From an uncultured Pseudomonadota bacterium (GTDB taxonomy: Bacteria; Pseudomonadota; Alphaproteobacteria; RF32; CAG-239), in contig CADBEI010000007.1 of the NCBI GenBank assembly GCA_902793695.1, positions 804-64,803 on the forward strand: a DNA stretch of 64,000 nt, read 5' to 3'. Numbering within the stretch: position 1 is the first letter of the stretch; each line of letters opens with the position of its first letter. Under the pieces are notes generated by a model. That model was not told the DNA's origin, did not search any database, and was given only the letters and a program-made list of their open reading frames with translations. Position numbers and translations under genes: made by a program. Of this stretch, positions 17,752 through 27,127 are shown piece after piece.

Positions 17752-18438
17752 TTATTTTTTTTCATCAGGGTCGCGTAAAACATAACCGCGCCCCCAAACG
17801 GTTTCAATATAGTTTTTACCGCCGGAAGCCTTTTCGAGTTTTTTACGTAATTTGCAAATAAATACGTCAATAATCTTGAGTTCCGGCTCATCAATACCGC
17901 CATACAAATGATTAAGGAACTGGTCTTTGTTCAAAGTAGCCCCTTTACGCAAAGAAAGGAGTTCCATAATGCCGTATTCTTTACCGGTCAGATGCAAAGT
18001 TTTACCCTTGACGGTAACGGTTTGTGTATCCAAATCGATTTCGACGTCACCGGTGCGGATAATGGAATTGGAGTGACCTTTGGAACGGCGAACCACCGCC
18101 TGAATACGCGCCAAAAGTTCGGCTTTATCAAACGGTTTGGTCAAATAGTCATCGGCGCCGTAGCCTAAACCCTTAACTTTTTTATCCGGCTCGGACAATC
18201 CGGAAAGAATGAGAACCGGTGTATTAACTTTGGCGTTGCGTAAATTTTTCAAGACTTCATAACCGTTCATATCCGGCAACATCAAATCCAGAATTATAAT
18301 ATCGTAATCATAAAGTTTGGCAATATCCAACCCGTCTTCGCCCAAATCGGTAGCATCAACCACCATTCCTTCTTTTTTAAGCATCATTTCAATAGTTTGC
18401 GATACCGCATAATCATCTTCAACCAAAAGAACTCTCAT
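17752..18438 (-). CDS. ctrA: Cell-cycle response regulator CtrA (OmpR family)
   Basis: MRVLLVEDD...DLMLPDM...RRSKGH...[14 protein letters not shown]...[28 protein letters not shown]...[14 protein letters not shown] closely matches CtrA throughout. Confidence 0.9.
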   Translation of the reverse strand: MRVLLVEDDYAVSQTIEMMLKKEGMVVDATDLGEDGLDIAKLYDYDIIILDLMLPDMNGYEVLKNLRNAKVNTPVLILSGLSEPDKKVKGLGYGADDYLTKPFDKAELLARIQAVVRRSKGHSNSIIRTGDVEIDLDTQTVTVKGKTLHLTGKEYGIMELLSLRKGATLNKDQFLNHLYGGIDEPELKIIDVFICKLRKKLEKASGGKNYIETVWGRGYVLRDPDEKK

Positions 18439-18641
18439 ATTTTCCGCCTTTCCCAAAAAGTTAACCACGATAAGTCGAGTTTAATCCAATCAATATAAAT
18501 GAAAAGTGTTTGTTAATAATTATTAACAAGAATATCAAAAAAAATTTGACATCGATAAATTTAGCGATTAAAACACCCCGATGAGCGAAAAAACGCTTGA
18601 TTTTTATGATAATTTGCGTTAGATATAACAAAGATTTGAAT

Positions 18642-18716
18642 GGTCCCATCGTCTAGTGGTTAGGACGCGGCCCTCTCAAGGCTGCAACACGAGTTCAAAT
18701 CTCGTTGGGATCACCA
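18642..18716 (+). tRNA. tRNA-Glu (anticodon CTC)
   Basis: GGTCCCATCGTCTAGTGGTTAGGACGCGGCCCTCTCAAGGCTGCAACACGAGTTCAAATCTCGTTGGGATCACCA. The anticodon loop is CTCTCAA and CCA is encoded. Confidence 0.9.
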
Positions 18717-18720
18717 ATAA

Positions 18721-18794
18721 AAAAAACTCCCCTGCAACGGGGAGTTTTTTTATTGGTCCTCATTTCCGTACGAGATTTGAACGAGGTACGCGGC
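18721..18794. repeat. Direct repeat copy 1 (terminator hairpin + inverted pseudo-copy of tRNA-Glu 3' end)
   Basis: About 85 percent identical by eye to 20213..20283. It contains acgagatttgaac, the exact reverse complement of the tRNA-Glu T-arm 18693..18705. Confidence 0.7.
18727..18751 (+). terminator. Rho-independent terminator after tRNA-Glu
   Basis: CTCCCCtgcaacGGGGAG followed by TTTTTTT, with an A-tract upstream, so it may act in both directions. Confidence 0.7.
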
Positions 18795-19068
18795 CTCCTG
18801 AAAAGATACCTTAATGTATGTTTTCAGGAGGAGACGCAATGAAACTTAATTGAGCAAGGAAAGCGACAGCACCCGCGGCGAATTTAGAAAACAAGTGACC
18901 GAAGCGAAGAGTGCGGCGCAGCCAAACTCGAACGCAAGACAAATCTCGTTGGTAACGCGTCATACCACAATATTTTGAAACAATTTTACGAACATTGCAA
19001 AATATATTGCCTTACGGCAGATATTATGTTATCATTATCATAGTGTTATACGAAATAGGTACTTTACT

Positions 19069-20175
19069 ATGGCAAAAGGTGAAAACACAAATCCGTCCTC
19101 GGAAACTCTATTAGAGATTAATAGAGGGGTTAATTTTGTAGGTAATTGGCTTTCTGAACGATATGCTGCCGGAAAAATAACGAAACAAGAATATAGTCAA
19201 GCAATGGAAAAAATCGCTAATGTTAAAATTTTTCCGACCGGTCGTGGCACAGACAGATTGATTGACGCATATAAAAAAGGCGAGTTAAAATTAAGTGAAG
19301 CGTACACAAAAAAAGGATTTACCGTTGAAGATCTTGAAAAGGGTTTATTACGACAAGCTTCTTATGCAAATGAACTTCGCGGGCTATCTACTTTTTGGTC
19401 CGATAATCCCGTTATCTTGATAGATATTGAAAAAATAAAGGCCGAAAACGGTAAACGATCAGACTTATCCAGTGTGGTAGTACACGAATTAACGCATTGC
19501 TTGGGATTGAAAGACACCAGCGAAAAAGAAATAAAAAATATTTTGTATGGTAAATATCAACAAACACTCCCTCTTAACGAGTCAGTTAAAGAGAGTACAA
19601 CCTATTACTCCGTTCAAGTTATTCCTGATACGGGCACAAACAGGTACGTTCACGGAAATAAAAAAATAGAAAGATCCGGACAATATCCTAACAACTTACA
19701 ACTTAATAAAAACGTATTATATGATCCTTATGAAGATAAAGAAAATGAAGTATACGCCAGAATAATGCAAATGCGCTATGACATGAATTTGGACCCTCAA
19801 AAAAATTACACTCCCGAAGATATTAAAATGATGCGCCAATATTTGCTTGAAAAGCAAATTGAGGCAAATCTGGACGGTGCAGATCAAGATATTAATAACA
19901 GAATTTTTGAGCGGTACTCTGATGAGCAAATCAGCCATTTTTTAAACGATACCGCCCAAATACAACCAAACAAGGATAATGATACCAATTATTTAGCGAA
20001 TATAAAGCAAATAATGAAAAATGACAGTGAACAATGCTTAAACACTATGAACATTTTAAGCCATCAAACGCTTTTGGCTTCAATACCGGAATCAAAGAAA
20101 AGAAGTGCCTCATATGAAAGTGATAAGAATTTAAGTTCAGCTATCTTACAATACAAACAAAATGAGTACGGTTGA
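19069..20175 (+). CDS. Hypothetical protein with HExxH zinc-metallopeptidase-like motif
   Basis: VVVHELTHCLG is present. There is no signal peptide. The gene is AT-rich and flanked by the 71-74 nt direct repeats. Confidence 0.45.
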   Translation: MAKGENTNPSSETLLEINRGVNFVGNWLSERYAAGKITKQEYSQAMEKIANVKIFPTGRGTDRLIDAYKKGELKLSEAYTKKGFTVEDLEKGLLRQASYANELRGLSTFWSDNPVILIDIEKIKAENGKRSDLSSVVVHELTHCLGLKDTSEKEIKNILYGKYQQTLPLNESVKESTTYYSVQVIPDTGTNRYVHGNKKIERSGQYPNNLQLNKNVLYDPYEDKENEVYARIMQMRYDMNLDPQKNYTPEDIKMMRQYLLEKQIEANLDGADQDINNRIFERYSDEQISHFLNDTAQIQPNKDNDTNYLANIKQIMKNDSEQCLNTMNILSHQTLLASIPESKKRSASYESDKNLSSAILQYKQNEYG

Positions 20176-20212
20176 TATTCTTTCAGCTCGTAACTTGCAA
20201 GCAAAACATTCG

Positions 20213-20283
20213 AAAAAACTCCTCTTTGGGGGAGTTTTTTTGTTGGTCCCCATTTCCGCACGAGATTTGAACAAGTATGCGGC
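20213..20283. repeat. Direct repeat copy 2 (terminator hairpin + inverted pseudo-copy of tRNA-Glu 3' end)
   Basis: aaaaaactcctctttgggggagtttttttgttggtccccatttccgcacgagatttgaacaagtatgcggc. See copy 1. Confidence 0.7.
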
Positions 20284-20380
20284 AAACCATAAAAATATCG
20301 TCCTTTAAAAACATTTGACAGTATTTAGCAAAAAATGTATATTGAACAACACGTTACAAAATTGTGTAAAGGCAAAATTT

Positions 20381-21391
20381 ATGGTTAATTTGATAAAAAG
20401 TATTCCACAACAGCGTAAAATTCGTGATTTTATGCTGACGGCGGCTTTTTATCTGTCATTAGCCGATCTTTCCGCAAGCAAAGCGCACGCCCAAACGCCG
20501 ATTACACCGGAACAAGATAAGACTCCGGATAAAAATAAAACTTACCTTAATTATAATCTGGAAATCGGTGCCGATAATCTTTCCGCGCTGATTGCCGACG
20601 AAAAAAACGTAACCTTCTACAATGATTTAGCACCAAGCATCGTCGCTTCGCTGGAAAATAAAAAGGGCGACGGAGCCAAAATTACAGCCTCCGAAATGTT
20701 TGTTTATGACGGCAGTAAAATCACCCCTGCCCTCAACACTCTGATGCTTGAGTGCTATAAAAAAGTCAAGAACGGCGGCGAGCTGTTCTTAAAAGTCGGG
20801 CGCGACAATACCCAAGGCAACGACGACCTTCCGCCGGCTGTTGATTATACAGCCGATACCGTCGACGATGAAGCCTTCAGCAACAACGCGCCGCATATGG
20901 TTCTGGGTTATCGCAAGGATGGACACTTTATCGAATTGGGAACAATTCAAAACATTGATTTCCGAGATTATGCTTTTATTCCGAATATGCAAAAAATTGA
21001 TTTTTTTGCCAAAGGACATCTGGCAATATTGAACAAAGATAACACGGAATTGAGTACTGAATTGACTACGCATATGGGCAAACACAGCCAAACCGGTATT
21101 GCCGATGTTAACTTTATGAAAAACGGTATCGGTGCCAAAGCTTCCTTGCAATATGATTTCAAAAACGACGAAACAAAATATCTGCTGCGAGCATACCAAA
21201 AATTAAAAAACGGTTTTGCGCTGATTGAGGAAATTGCCCATCGCGGCAAAGAATGCGGCGTTGATTTTCGTTTGTGTGCCGGCAAAAAAGGCTTGCAGGT
21301 TTTCGCGATGTATAACACCGAAGACAAATTGTTGCAACTCGGAGCATCTTATTCTTTCAGTGTCGGTAAAAAAATAAGTCATACCAAATAA
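20381..21391 (+). CDS. Hypothetical secreted protein
   Basis: From ATG 20381 the protein reads MVNLIKSIPQQRKIRDFMLTAAFYLSLADLSASKAHAQ, which is signal-peptide-like. No catalytic motif was recognised. Confidence 0.45.
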   Translation: MVNLIKSIPQQRKIRDFMLTAAFYLSLADLSASKAHAQTPITPEQDKTPDKNKTYLNYNLEIGADNLSALIADEKNVTFYNDLAPSIVASLENKKGDGAKITASEMFVYDGSKITPALNTLMLECYKKVKNGGELFLKVGRDNTQGNDDLPPAVDYTADTVDDEAFSNNAPHMVLGYRKDGHFIELGTIQNIDFRDYAFIPNMQKIDFFAKGHLAILNKDNTELSTELTTHMGKHSQTGIADVNFMKNGIGAKASLQYDFKNDETKYLLRAYQKLKNGFALIEEIAHRGKECGVDFRLCAGKKGLQVFAMYNTEDKLLQLGASYSFSVGKKISHTK

Positions 21392-21401
21392 GGGATAAAT
21401 T

Positions 21402-21860
21402 ATGAATTCGGAAATCAAATTCTGTTTGCCGGTCGGAAAATGGTGGTTTTTAAGCCCGTATGCCGAGTTTCCGATAAAAATGGAAGTTGACGGAGAAACC
21501 TTTGTTTTTCCGACGGTCGAGCATTATTATCAGGCAATGAAATTTTATGCGAGCGACCAACGTTTCCGCACCGTTTTGAGTTTGAAAAATCCCGATGAAG
21601 CGCGACTTCTCACCAAAACTCCGACATATAAAATAAATCGCCGTGCTAATTTTGAAGAACAAAAATTTGCGATTATGGAAGCCGGATTGCGCGCTAAATT
21701 TGCCCAAAATCCCAATGCCGCCGAAATGCTTAAATCGACCGGAAATGCCTTATTGATAAAATCTTGTCCCGTATGCTACAAATGCGGTTTCGGTATCGGC
21801 AGCCGTCAAAATATTATGGGAAAGATTTTAATGCAAATCCGCCAAGAAATATCAAAATAA
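21402..21860 (+). CDS. NADAR (YbiA/DUF1768) family protein
   Basis: WWFLSPYAEFPI..DGETFVFPTVEHYYQAMKF is the hallmark NADAR N-terminal motif. Confidence 0.8.
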   Translation: MNSEIKFCLPVGKWWFLSPYAEFPIKMEVDGETFVFPTVEHYYQAMKFYASDQRFRTVLSLKNPDEARLLTKTPTYKINRRANFEEQKFAIMEAGLRAKFAQNPNAAEMLKSTGNALLIKSCPVCYKCGFGIGSRQNIMGKILMQIRQEISK

Positions 21861-21956
21861 TTTTATTAGTCCTACAGGTTGATAATTTTTCTGTTTTTAT
21901 TGAATCGCCGCCAAATCCGAGTATGATAAAGCAAAACAATATTGAAAGGAAAATAG

Positions 21957-22787
21957 ATGTCTCGTACTGTTTTATTGATGGTTGCTTTGATGTTGCTGTT
22001 TATGTATGTCGGCAACCTCGCCGGCGGTCAGGAAGGTATGCAGGCAGCATTTTTGGCGGCTTGCGGTATGAATTTTGTCAGCTACTTTTTCAGCGACAAG
22101 TTGGTTTTAAAACAATATAACGCCAAAGAAGCCACTCCGCAAACCGCACCGGAATTGTATCAGATTGTGCAGCGTTTATCCGCAAAAGCCGGTCTGCCGA
22201 TGCCGAAAGTTTATATCATTCCGGAGCAGGTGCCGAATGCTTTTGCCACCGGTCGCAGTCCGAGCCACGCGGCAGTTGCCGCCACACAGGGCTTGCTTAA
22301 TTTGATGACGCCGGAAGAAGTTGAAGGTGTGTTGGCGCACGAGATGAGCCACGTCAAACATCGCGACATCCTTATCGGTACCATTGCCGCAACTTTTGCC
22401 GGTGCCGTTGCCATGTTAGCCAATATGACGCGCACAAATACAAGCAGACAAAGTTCTTCAAGCAATAATTCGGGTGTTTTGGGGGCGGTGTTGTTGCCGA
22501 TTGCCGCTACCATTATCCGTATGACGATTTCACGCACCAGAGAATATAAAGCTGATGAAGGCGCCGCTTATCTGACCGGTCATCCGGAATGGTTGATGAG
22601 TGCTCTATCCAAACTGGAAGGTTATTCGCAGAATTATCAAATGCAACGTGCCACTTCGCAAACGGCGCATATGTTTATTGTCAATCCGTTTAACGGCCTG
22701 AGCAGTATTTCGCGTTTGTTTTCCACTCACCCGAGCACCAAAGACCGACTGAGCGCATTGGATAACATTCGCAAAAAGATGCAATAA
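21957..22787 (+). CDS. htpX: Zinc metalloprotease HtpX (M48 family)
   Basis: The protein has TM segments, NAFATG, HEMSHVKHRD (HExxH) and a C-terminal FSTHPSTKDRL. Confidence 0.9.
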   Translation: MSRTVLLMVALMLLFMYVGNLAGGQEGMQAAFLAACGMNFVSYFFSDKLVLKQYNAKEATPQTAPELYQIVQRLSAKAGLPMPKVYIIPEQVPNAFATGRSPSHAAVAATQGLLNLMTPEEVEGVLAHEMSHVKHRDILIGTIAATFAGAVAMLANMTRTNTSRQSSSSNNSGVLGAVLLPIAATIIRMTISRTREYKADEGAAYLTGHPEWLMSALSKLEGYSQNYQMQRATSQTAHMFIVNPFNGLSSISRLFSTHPSTKDRLSALDNIRKKMQ

Positions 22788-22805
22788 TCTTCTGTTAAAA
22801 AAAAA

Positions 22806-22842
22806 CAAATCCTCGTATCTTTTCGATACGGGGATTTGTTTT
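22806..22842. terminator. Bidirectional terminator hairpin between convergent genes
   Basis: CAAATCCTCGTATCttttcGATACGGGGATTTG is flanked by an A-tract and a T-tract. Confidence 0.6.
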
Positions 22843-22844
22843 AT

Positions 22845-23201
22845 TCATCCGCGCCGATGCAGGCCGCTTAAAGCCAAGAAAACACCTCCGATAAACGGAA
22901 TCAGATAAAACCAGTATTTGCCGACACCGGCAAAACCACCGCCGCCGTACGCCGAAATACCGGCAACCATTGCACCGAAAATCATAAACAGCATGGCAAA
23001 CCAACACATCAGCATATTGTTGAGTCTGCGCCGCTCATTCATACGATAGGACCTTTCGGCAGGAGAAAGACGCATTTTGTAATCATCTTGCCGCCACCAC
23101 GGATTTTTCCTTTTCCATCTCAGGTCGTAACACAACATTGCCACCGTAAACGCGATTGCCACCACAATAAAAAGCGTACAAATCATTTTCAATTCTTCCA
23201 T
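22845..23201 (-). CDS. Hypothetical membrane protein (118 aa)
   Basis: The ORF has three hydrophobic segments and a Gly-rich C-terminal TM. Confidence 0.45.
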   Translation of the reverse strand: MEELKMICTLFIVVAIAFTVAMLCYDLRWKRKNPWWRQDDYKMRLSPAERSYRMNERRRLNNMLMCWFAMLFMIFGAMVAGISAYGGGGFAGVGKYWFYLIPFIGGVFLALSGLHRRG

Positions 23202-23350
23202 AATGATATTATTTAGTTACATAATTATTCAGATTGTAGGATTAATGTAACATACTCAATGATGATTGCAAGAAATATTTTGTGATTGTCGCAACACCAC
23301 CGCAACAGAAAAAGTCGATTAGTGTTGTTGATAGAAGTACACCGATTATC

Positions 23351-23687
23351 GCGGTGTATTCTCCCCTGAAAAACAAGAAAAAAAGCCGGAGAACGTGGCT
23401 AATAGAAAAAGGCTTCCCGCTGTGTTTCCACTTTGCAACAAGAAAAATCACGAATAGCGTGTATAAATACGAAGAAAGTCCTTTGACGCGGTGTATTCTC
23501 CCCGGAAAAACAAGAAAAAAAGCCGGAGAACATGGCTAATAGAAAAAGGTTTCTTCCCGCGGTGTTTCCACTTTGCAACAAGAAAAATCACGAATAGCGT
23601 GTATAAATACGAAGAAAGTCCTTTGACGCGGTGTACAAAAGAAGTACATAAGTCAAAGGACTTTCAAGTAGTTATCAGCTAGACGTG
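23351..23687. repeat. Long-hairpin element locus A: two tandem 137/140-nt units plus one complete about 99-nt hairpin element (23589..23687)
   Basis: Units 23351..23487 and 23488..23627 are near-identical. The terminal hairpin is AAAGTCCTTTGAC-gcgGTGTACaaaagaaGTACAtaa-GTCAAAGGACTTT with outer arms cacgaatagc.../...gctagacgtg. It ends about 10 nt from the rplA stop. Confidence 0.8.
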
Positions 23688-23697
23688 ATTTCCAATA

Positions 23698-24381
23698 CTA
23701 AAGATTGGAAGAATCAACCTTAACACCTACCCCCATAGTCGAACTGATTGAAATTTTCTTCAAATAAGTTCCTTTCAGGCTGGCAGGTTTAGCCTTCAAA
23801 ATCGTTTCAATGAACAATTTGGCGTTGTCATAGATTTGATCACTGCTGAAGGAAGCCTTAGCCACACCGGCGTGAACAATACCGTTCTTTTCTACACGAT
23901 ATTGAACTTCACCTGCTTTGGCATTTTTAACAGCTGTGGCAACATCGGTGGTAACCGTACCGAGTTTCGGGTTCGGCATCAAGCCTTTCGGACCCAATAC
24001 ACGAGCAACACGGCCGGCCATACCCATCATATCCGGAGTTGCGATACATCTGTCAAAGTCAACCTTTCCGGCCAAAATCGAATCGACCAGGTTTTCGGCA
24101 CCGATAATATCAGCACCCGCTGCCTTAGCTTCATCAGCCTTTTCGCCTTGCGCAAACACAGCCACGCGAACGGTTTTACCGTTGCCGTGCGGCAACTGGC
24201 AAACGCCGCGAATCATTTGATCGGCGTGTTTCGGATCAACACCCAAGTTAATTGCCAAATCGATGGTCTCATCGAATTTTGCAGTTGCATTTTCTTTTAC
24301 GATATTGATAGCGTCTTTCAAGCTGTAAGCCTGATTCTTATCAATATTTTTATATGCATTTACTAATCTCTTTCCGCTCAT
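23698..24381 (-). CDS. rplA: 50S ribosomal protein L1
   Basis: The full-length L1 pattern is present (..[17 protein letters not shown].., GLMPNPK.GTVT). Confidence 0.95.
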   Translation of the reverse strand: MSGKRLVNAYKNIDKNQAYSLKDAINIVKENATAKFDETIDLAINLGVDPKHADQMIRGVCQLPHGNGKTVRVAVFAQGEKADEAKAAGADIIGAENLVDSILAGKVDFDRCIATPDMMGMAGRVARVLGPKGLMPNPKLGTVTTDVATAVKNAKAGEVQYRVEKNGIVHAGVAKASFSSDQIYDNAKLFIETILKAKPASLKGTYLKKISISSTMGVGVKVDSSNL

Positions 24382-24385
24382 CGAC

Positions 24386-24823
24386 TTACTCCGTTACTTC
24401 AATACCCATGGAAACAGCCTGACCTTTAACCATATTCATGGCAGATTCAACTGTCGAGCAGTTCAAATCCGGCATTTTGGTGGTGGCAATTTCTTTGACT
24501 TGTGCCATAGAAATTTTGCCGGCAGTCTTTTTACCAGGTTCTTTAGATGCAGATTGAACACCGGCGGCTTTCTTAATCAAATAAGAAACCGGCGGCAACT
24601 TGGTGATGAACGTAAAGCTCTTATCATCGTAAGCGGTAATGATTACCGGCACCGGAACACCCGGCTCGATTTTTTGCGTTTGTGCATTAAATGCTTTACA
24701 AAATTCCATAATGTTTAAGCCTTTTTGGCCCAAAGCAGGACCTACCGGCGGAGACGGATTCGCCTTACCCGCAGGTATTTGCAGCTTAATCAGACCTAAA
24801 ATTTTCTTTTTAGATTTAGCCAT
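24386..24823 (-). CDS. rplK: 50S ribosomal protein L11
   Basis: [34 protein letters not shown] is canonical L11. Confidence 0.95.
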   Translation of the reverse strand: MAKSKKKILGLIKLQIPAGKANPSPPVGPALGQKGLNIMEFCKAFNAQTQKIEPGVPVPVIITAYDDKSFTFITKLPPVSYLIKKAAGVQSASKEPGKKTAGKISMAQVKEIATTKMPDLNCSTVESAMNMVKGQAVSMGIEVTE

Positions 24824-25115
24824 TTTATACCTCTCTTAGGTTTGTGGTAAAGACAATGGCTTGTCCCCCACAATATTATTAACACAAAACATCTTTAAAG
24901 ACGATTCGCCTTCAAGATGCCTGTTTTGTATATCACACAAATTACAAATTGCAAGTATTTTTTGTTCGTCGGAGCAAAAAAATACCAGAAAGCCCAAAAT
25001 TCAGATTATCCTGCTTTATTTACAGCTTTTGTCAATGAAAATAAATTTTTTACTTGATTTTGGACAAAACATATATTATAATATACATAATAAAATACTT
25101 TTTAGGAGAAAAACC

Positions 25116-25841
25116 ATGAATAAAGTGGATATTATACAAATTGATCAAAACAGCGGAAATCCGGTTATCGAAACACATGAATACCGTGATGTATTGCAAA
25201 AAGAGCAGACCTTAAATCACAAAGAAGTGTTTGATTATTTCAGCACCGTAGACAAGAACCCGCACAAAGTTGATGAAATGCTGAACAATCTTTTTTATCA
25301 GCCGGCAATGGAGAATGCTTATCGTGTCAGCCGCATTGAACCGGAAGATGTGAACAGATTTATTGCGCAGGTTTTGAAACTTCCGGAAATCGATAAGCGG
25401 AATTTAATCAATGATTTTTACGCTTCTTATGCCAACGCGGCCAGTGCCAAAGACGGTTTTGTAAGCGGGCTGTCATCTATTTCCGGTCAGAAAGAGTGGG
25501 ACGCTTTGGGAGAAAATCTGACAAGATACCCTAATCTCAAACATTTGCAATGGAAACTGGAAAATGACAAAGCCCTTGAACAACCGGCACCGGAAAAAAT
25601 CGGTTTGGGTAAAAAGATTATGCGTTGGTTTGAAAAGAAAAATATAGATACCAAAGGTATTAAGAATATTGCAGCCGGCGTTGTAGCCACAGTAATCCTC
25701 ACTCCGGCAGCGTTGAAAATTTTGCAAATGACTGCCGATAAAGATAATGCCAAGATTGCAAAAACCGCACAAAAAGCTCCGCAAAATACCAATCAGGATA
25801 TGAGCAAAGCTTATGATATGAATAAAAATGTTCGTTCGTAA
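25116..25841 (+). CDS. Hypothetical protein with one C-terminal TM segment
   Basis: ATG 25116 is preceded by an aggag RBS. The track ORF from 24861 is probably an upstream over-extension. Confidence 0.45.
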   Translation: MNKVDIIQIDQNSGNPVIETHEYRDVLQKEQTLNHKEVFDYFSTVDKNPHKVDEMLNNLFYQPAMENAYRVSRIEPEDVNRFIAQVLKLPEIDKRNLINDFYASYANAASAKDGFVSGLSSISGQKEWDALGENLTRYPNLKHLQWKLENDKALEQPAPEKIGLGKKIMRWFEKKNIDTKGIKNIAAGVVATVILTPAALKILQMTADKDNAKIAKTAQKAPQNTNQDMSKAYDMNKNVRS

Positions 25842-25907
25842 ATTCCAATAACACAAAAAATCAAGCCCCTTGCGAAAAACATGGGGCTTTTCTTTACTAA
25901 ATCACAC

Positions 25908-26681
25908 TTATTTAATATAAGGCAAAGCGTTAACCAAATCTTCTTCGGTGTTGATATCCGCCGGTGCTTCCTGCACCAGTTTGATATTATCCACCAACAT
26001 GGCGCGAACTTCCATCCCGTTTTCGAGCGCACGCAGTTGCTCCAAGGCCTCACGTTTTTCGAGCACTCCGGTTGGTAACGACACCATTTTCTGCAACGAT
26101 GCCGCTTTGAAAACATAAATACCGATGTGATAATACAAATCCTGATTCGGGCATTTTTCCGGATTACGCGTATATGGTGCGGTTGCACGCGTAAAATACA
26201 AACAACGTGCCTCTTTTTCGCCTTCTTTCAAACCCATAATGATTTTTACCACATTCGGATTGTTCTTATCTTCTTCGGTTTTAATCAGCATACCGCAAGT
26301 GGCAATATCGCAACCGGTACGTTCCACCATTTCTACCAAAGGCAGCGTAACTTTCGGGTCGACATTGATGTTATCGCCCTGAAAATCCACCACTATATCA
26401 TATTTTGTACCGTCCGGATCCAAAATTTTGAGCGCGGCGGCAATTCTGTCGGTACCGCTCGGCAGATTCGGGTCGGTTAAAATCGCCGTTGCCCCGAATT
26501 TTTTGCATTCGTCAACAATAGCCTGATCGCCGGCGGCAATGGCAATATCCGTATTCAGCGCATTTTTAACATTTTCATACACACGTTGCACCATCGTCTT
26601 GCCGTTAATCACGCGTAGCGGCTTATTCGGAAGTCTGGTGGCGGCCAATCTGACCGGCATTAAGGTAATTACTCTACTCAT
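25908..26681 (-). CDS. kdsB: 3-deoxy-manno-octulosonate cytidylyltransferase (CMP-KDO synthetase)
   Basis: The N-terminus is MPVRLAATRLPNKPL, with the family pattern throughout. Confidence 0.9.
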   Translation of the reverse strand: MSRVITLMPVRLAATRLPNKPLRVINGKTMVQRVYENVKNALNTDIAIAAGDQAIVDECKKFGATAILTDPNLPSGTDRIAAALKILDPDGTKYDIVVDFQGDNINVDPKVTLPLVEMVERTGCDIATCGMLIKTEEDKNNPNVVKIIMGLKEGEKEARCLYFTRATAPYTRNPEKCPNQDLYYHIGIYVFKAASLQKMVSLPTGVLEKREALEQLRALENGMEVRAMLVDNIKLVQEAPADINTEEDLVNALPYIK

Positions 26682-26695
26682 TTTTTCGTCCTTTG

Positions 26696-27127
26696 TTAAA
26701 GTTGACCGTATTTAATATCCTTGGCTTGCGCCGTAAATTCCGCCTTAATCTTGGCAATAATTTCGGCTTTTTGAGCCGGATCATATTTGCCGGTAGTGCG
26801 ATTCCATACCGTATCCGGCCACTCCGGATCGCCCTTTTTGCGGCATACGATATGCACGTGCAACTGCGGCGTCATATTACCAATCATTGCCACATTATCC
26901 TGTTCACACGGGAAAAGCTTAAACATCACACTCTCTGCCAACGCAATTTCCCGCATCAGCTGAAAGCGCTCCTCCATCGTCAGGTTGGTCATATTTTTGG
27001 TATTTTCTTTTTTCGGCACCAAAAAAATCCACGGATAATATTTATTATCTTCAAACAGAACGCGGCACAACTTCAAATCCGTAACATAATCTTTGGCCGC
27101 CAGTCCCGCCACAAGTTGAAAAGCCAT
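26696..27127 (-). CDS. HIT-family hydrolase
   Basis: PQLHVHIVCR is a histidine-triad-like motif near the C-terminal third. Confidence 0.7.
   Translation of the reverse strand: MAFQLVAGLAAKDYVTDLKLCRVLFEDNKYYPWIFLVPKKENTKNMTNLTMEERFQLMREIALAESVMFKLFPCEQDNVAMIGNMTPQLHVHIVCRKKGDPEWPDTVWNRTTGKYDPAQKAEIIAKIKAEFTAQAKDIKYGQL

Noticed and set aside
18512-18527. Perfect 16-bp palindrome GTTAATAATTATTAAC upstream of ctrA, considered as a CtrA box
   Set aside because: The CtrA consensus is TTAA-N7-TTAAC, and this has N6 spacing. Other TTAA-N7-TAAA near-matches (for example 41789..41803 upstream of gcrA) are expected by chance in AT-rich intergenic DNA. I do not call it a CtrA site, although it may still be an operator.
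24824-24860. Possible L1-binding autoregulatory leader upstream of rplK
   Set aside because: The leader is very short, and by eye I could not identify the 23S-mimic structure with any confidence.
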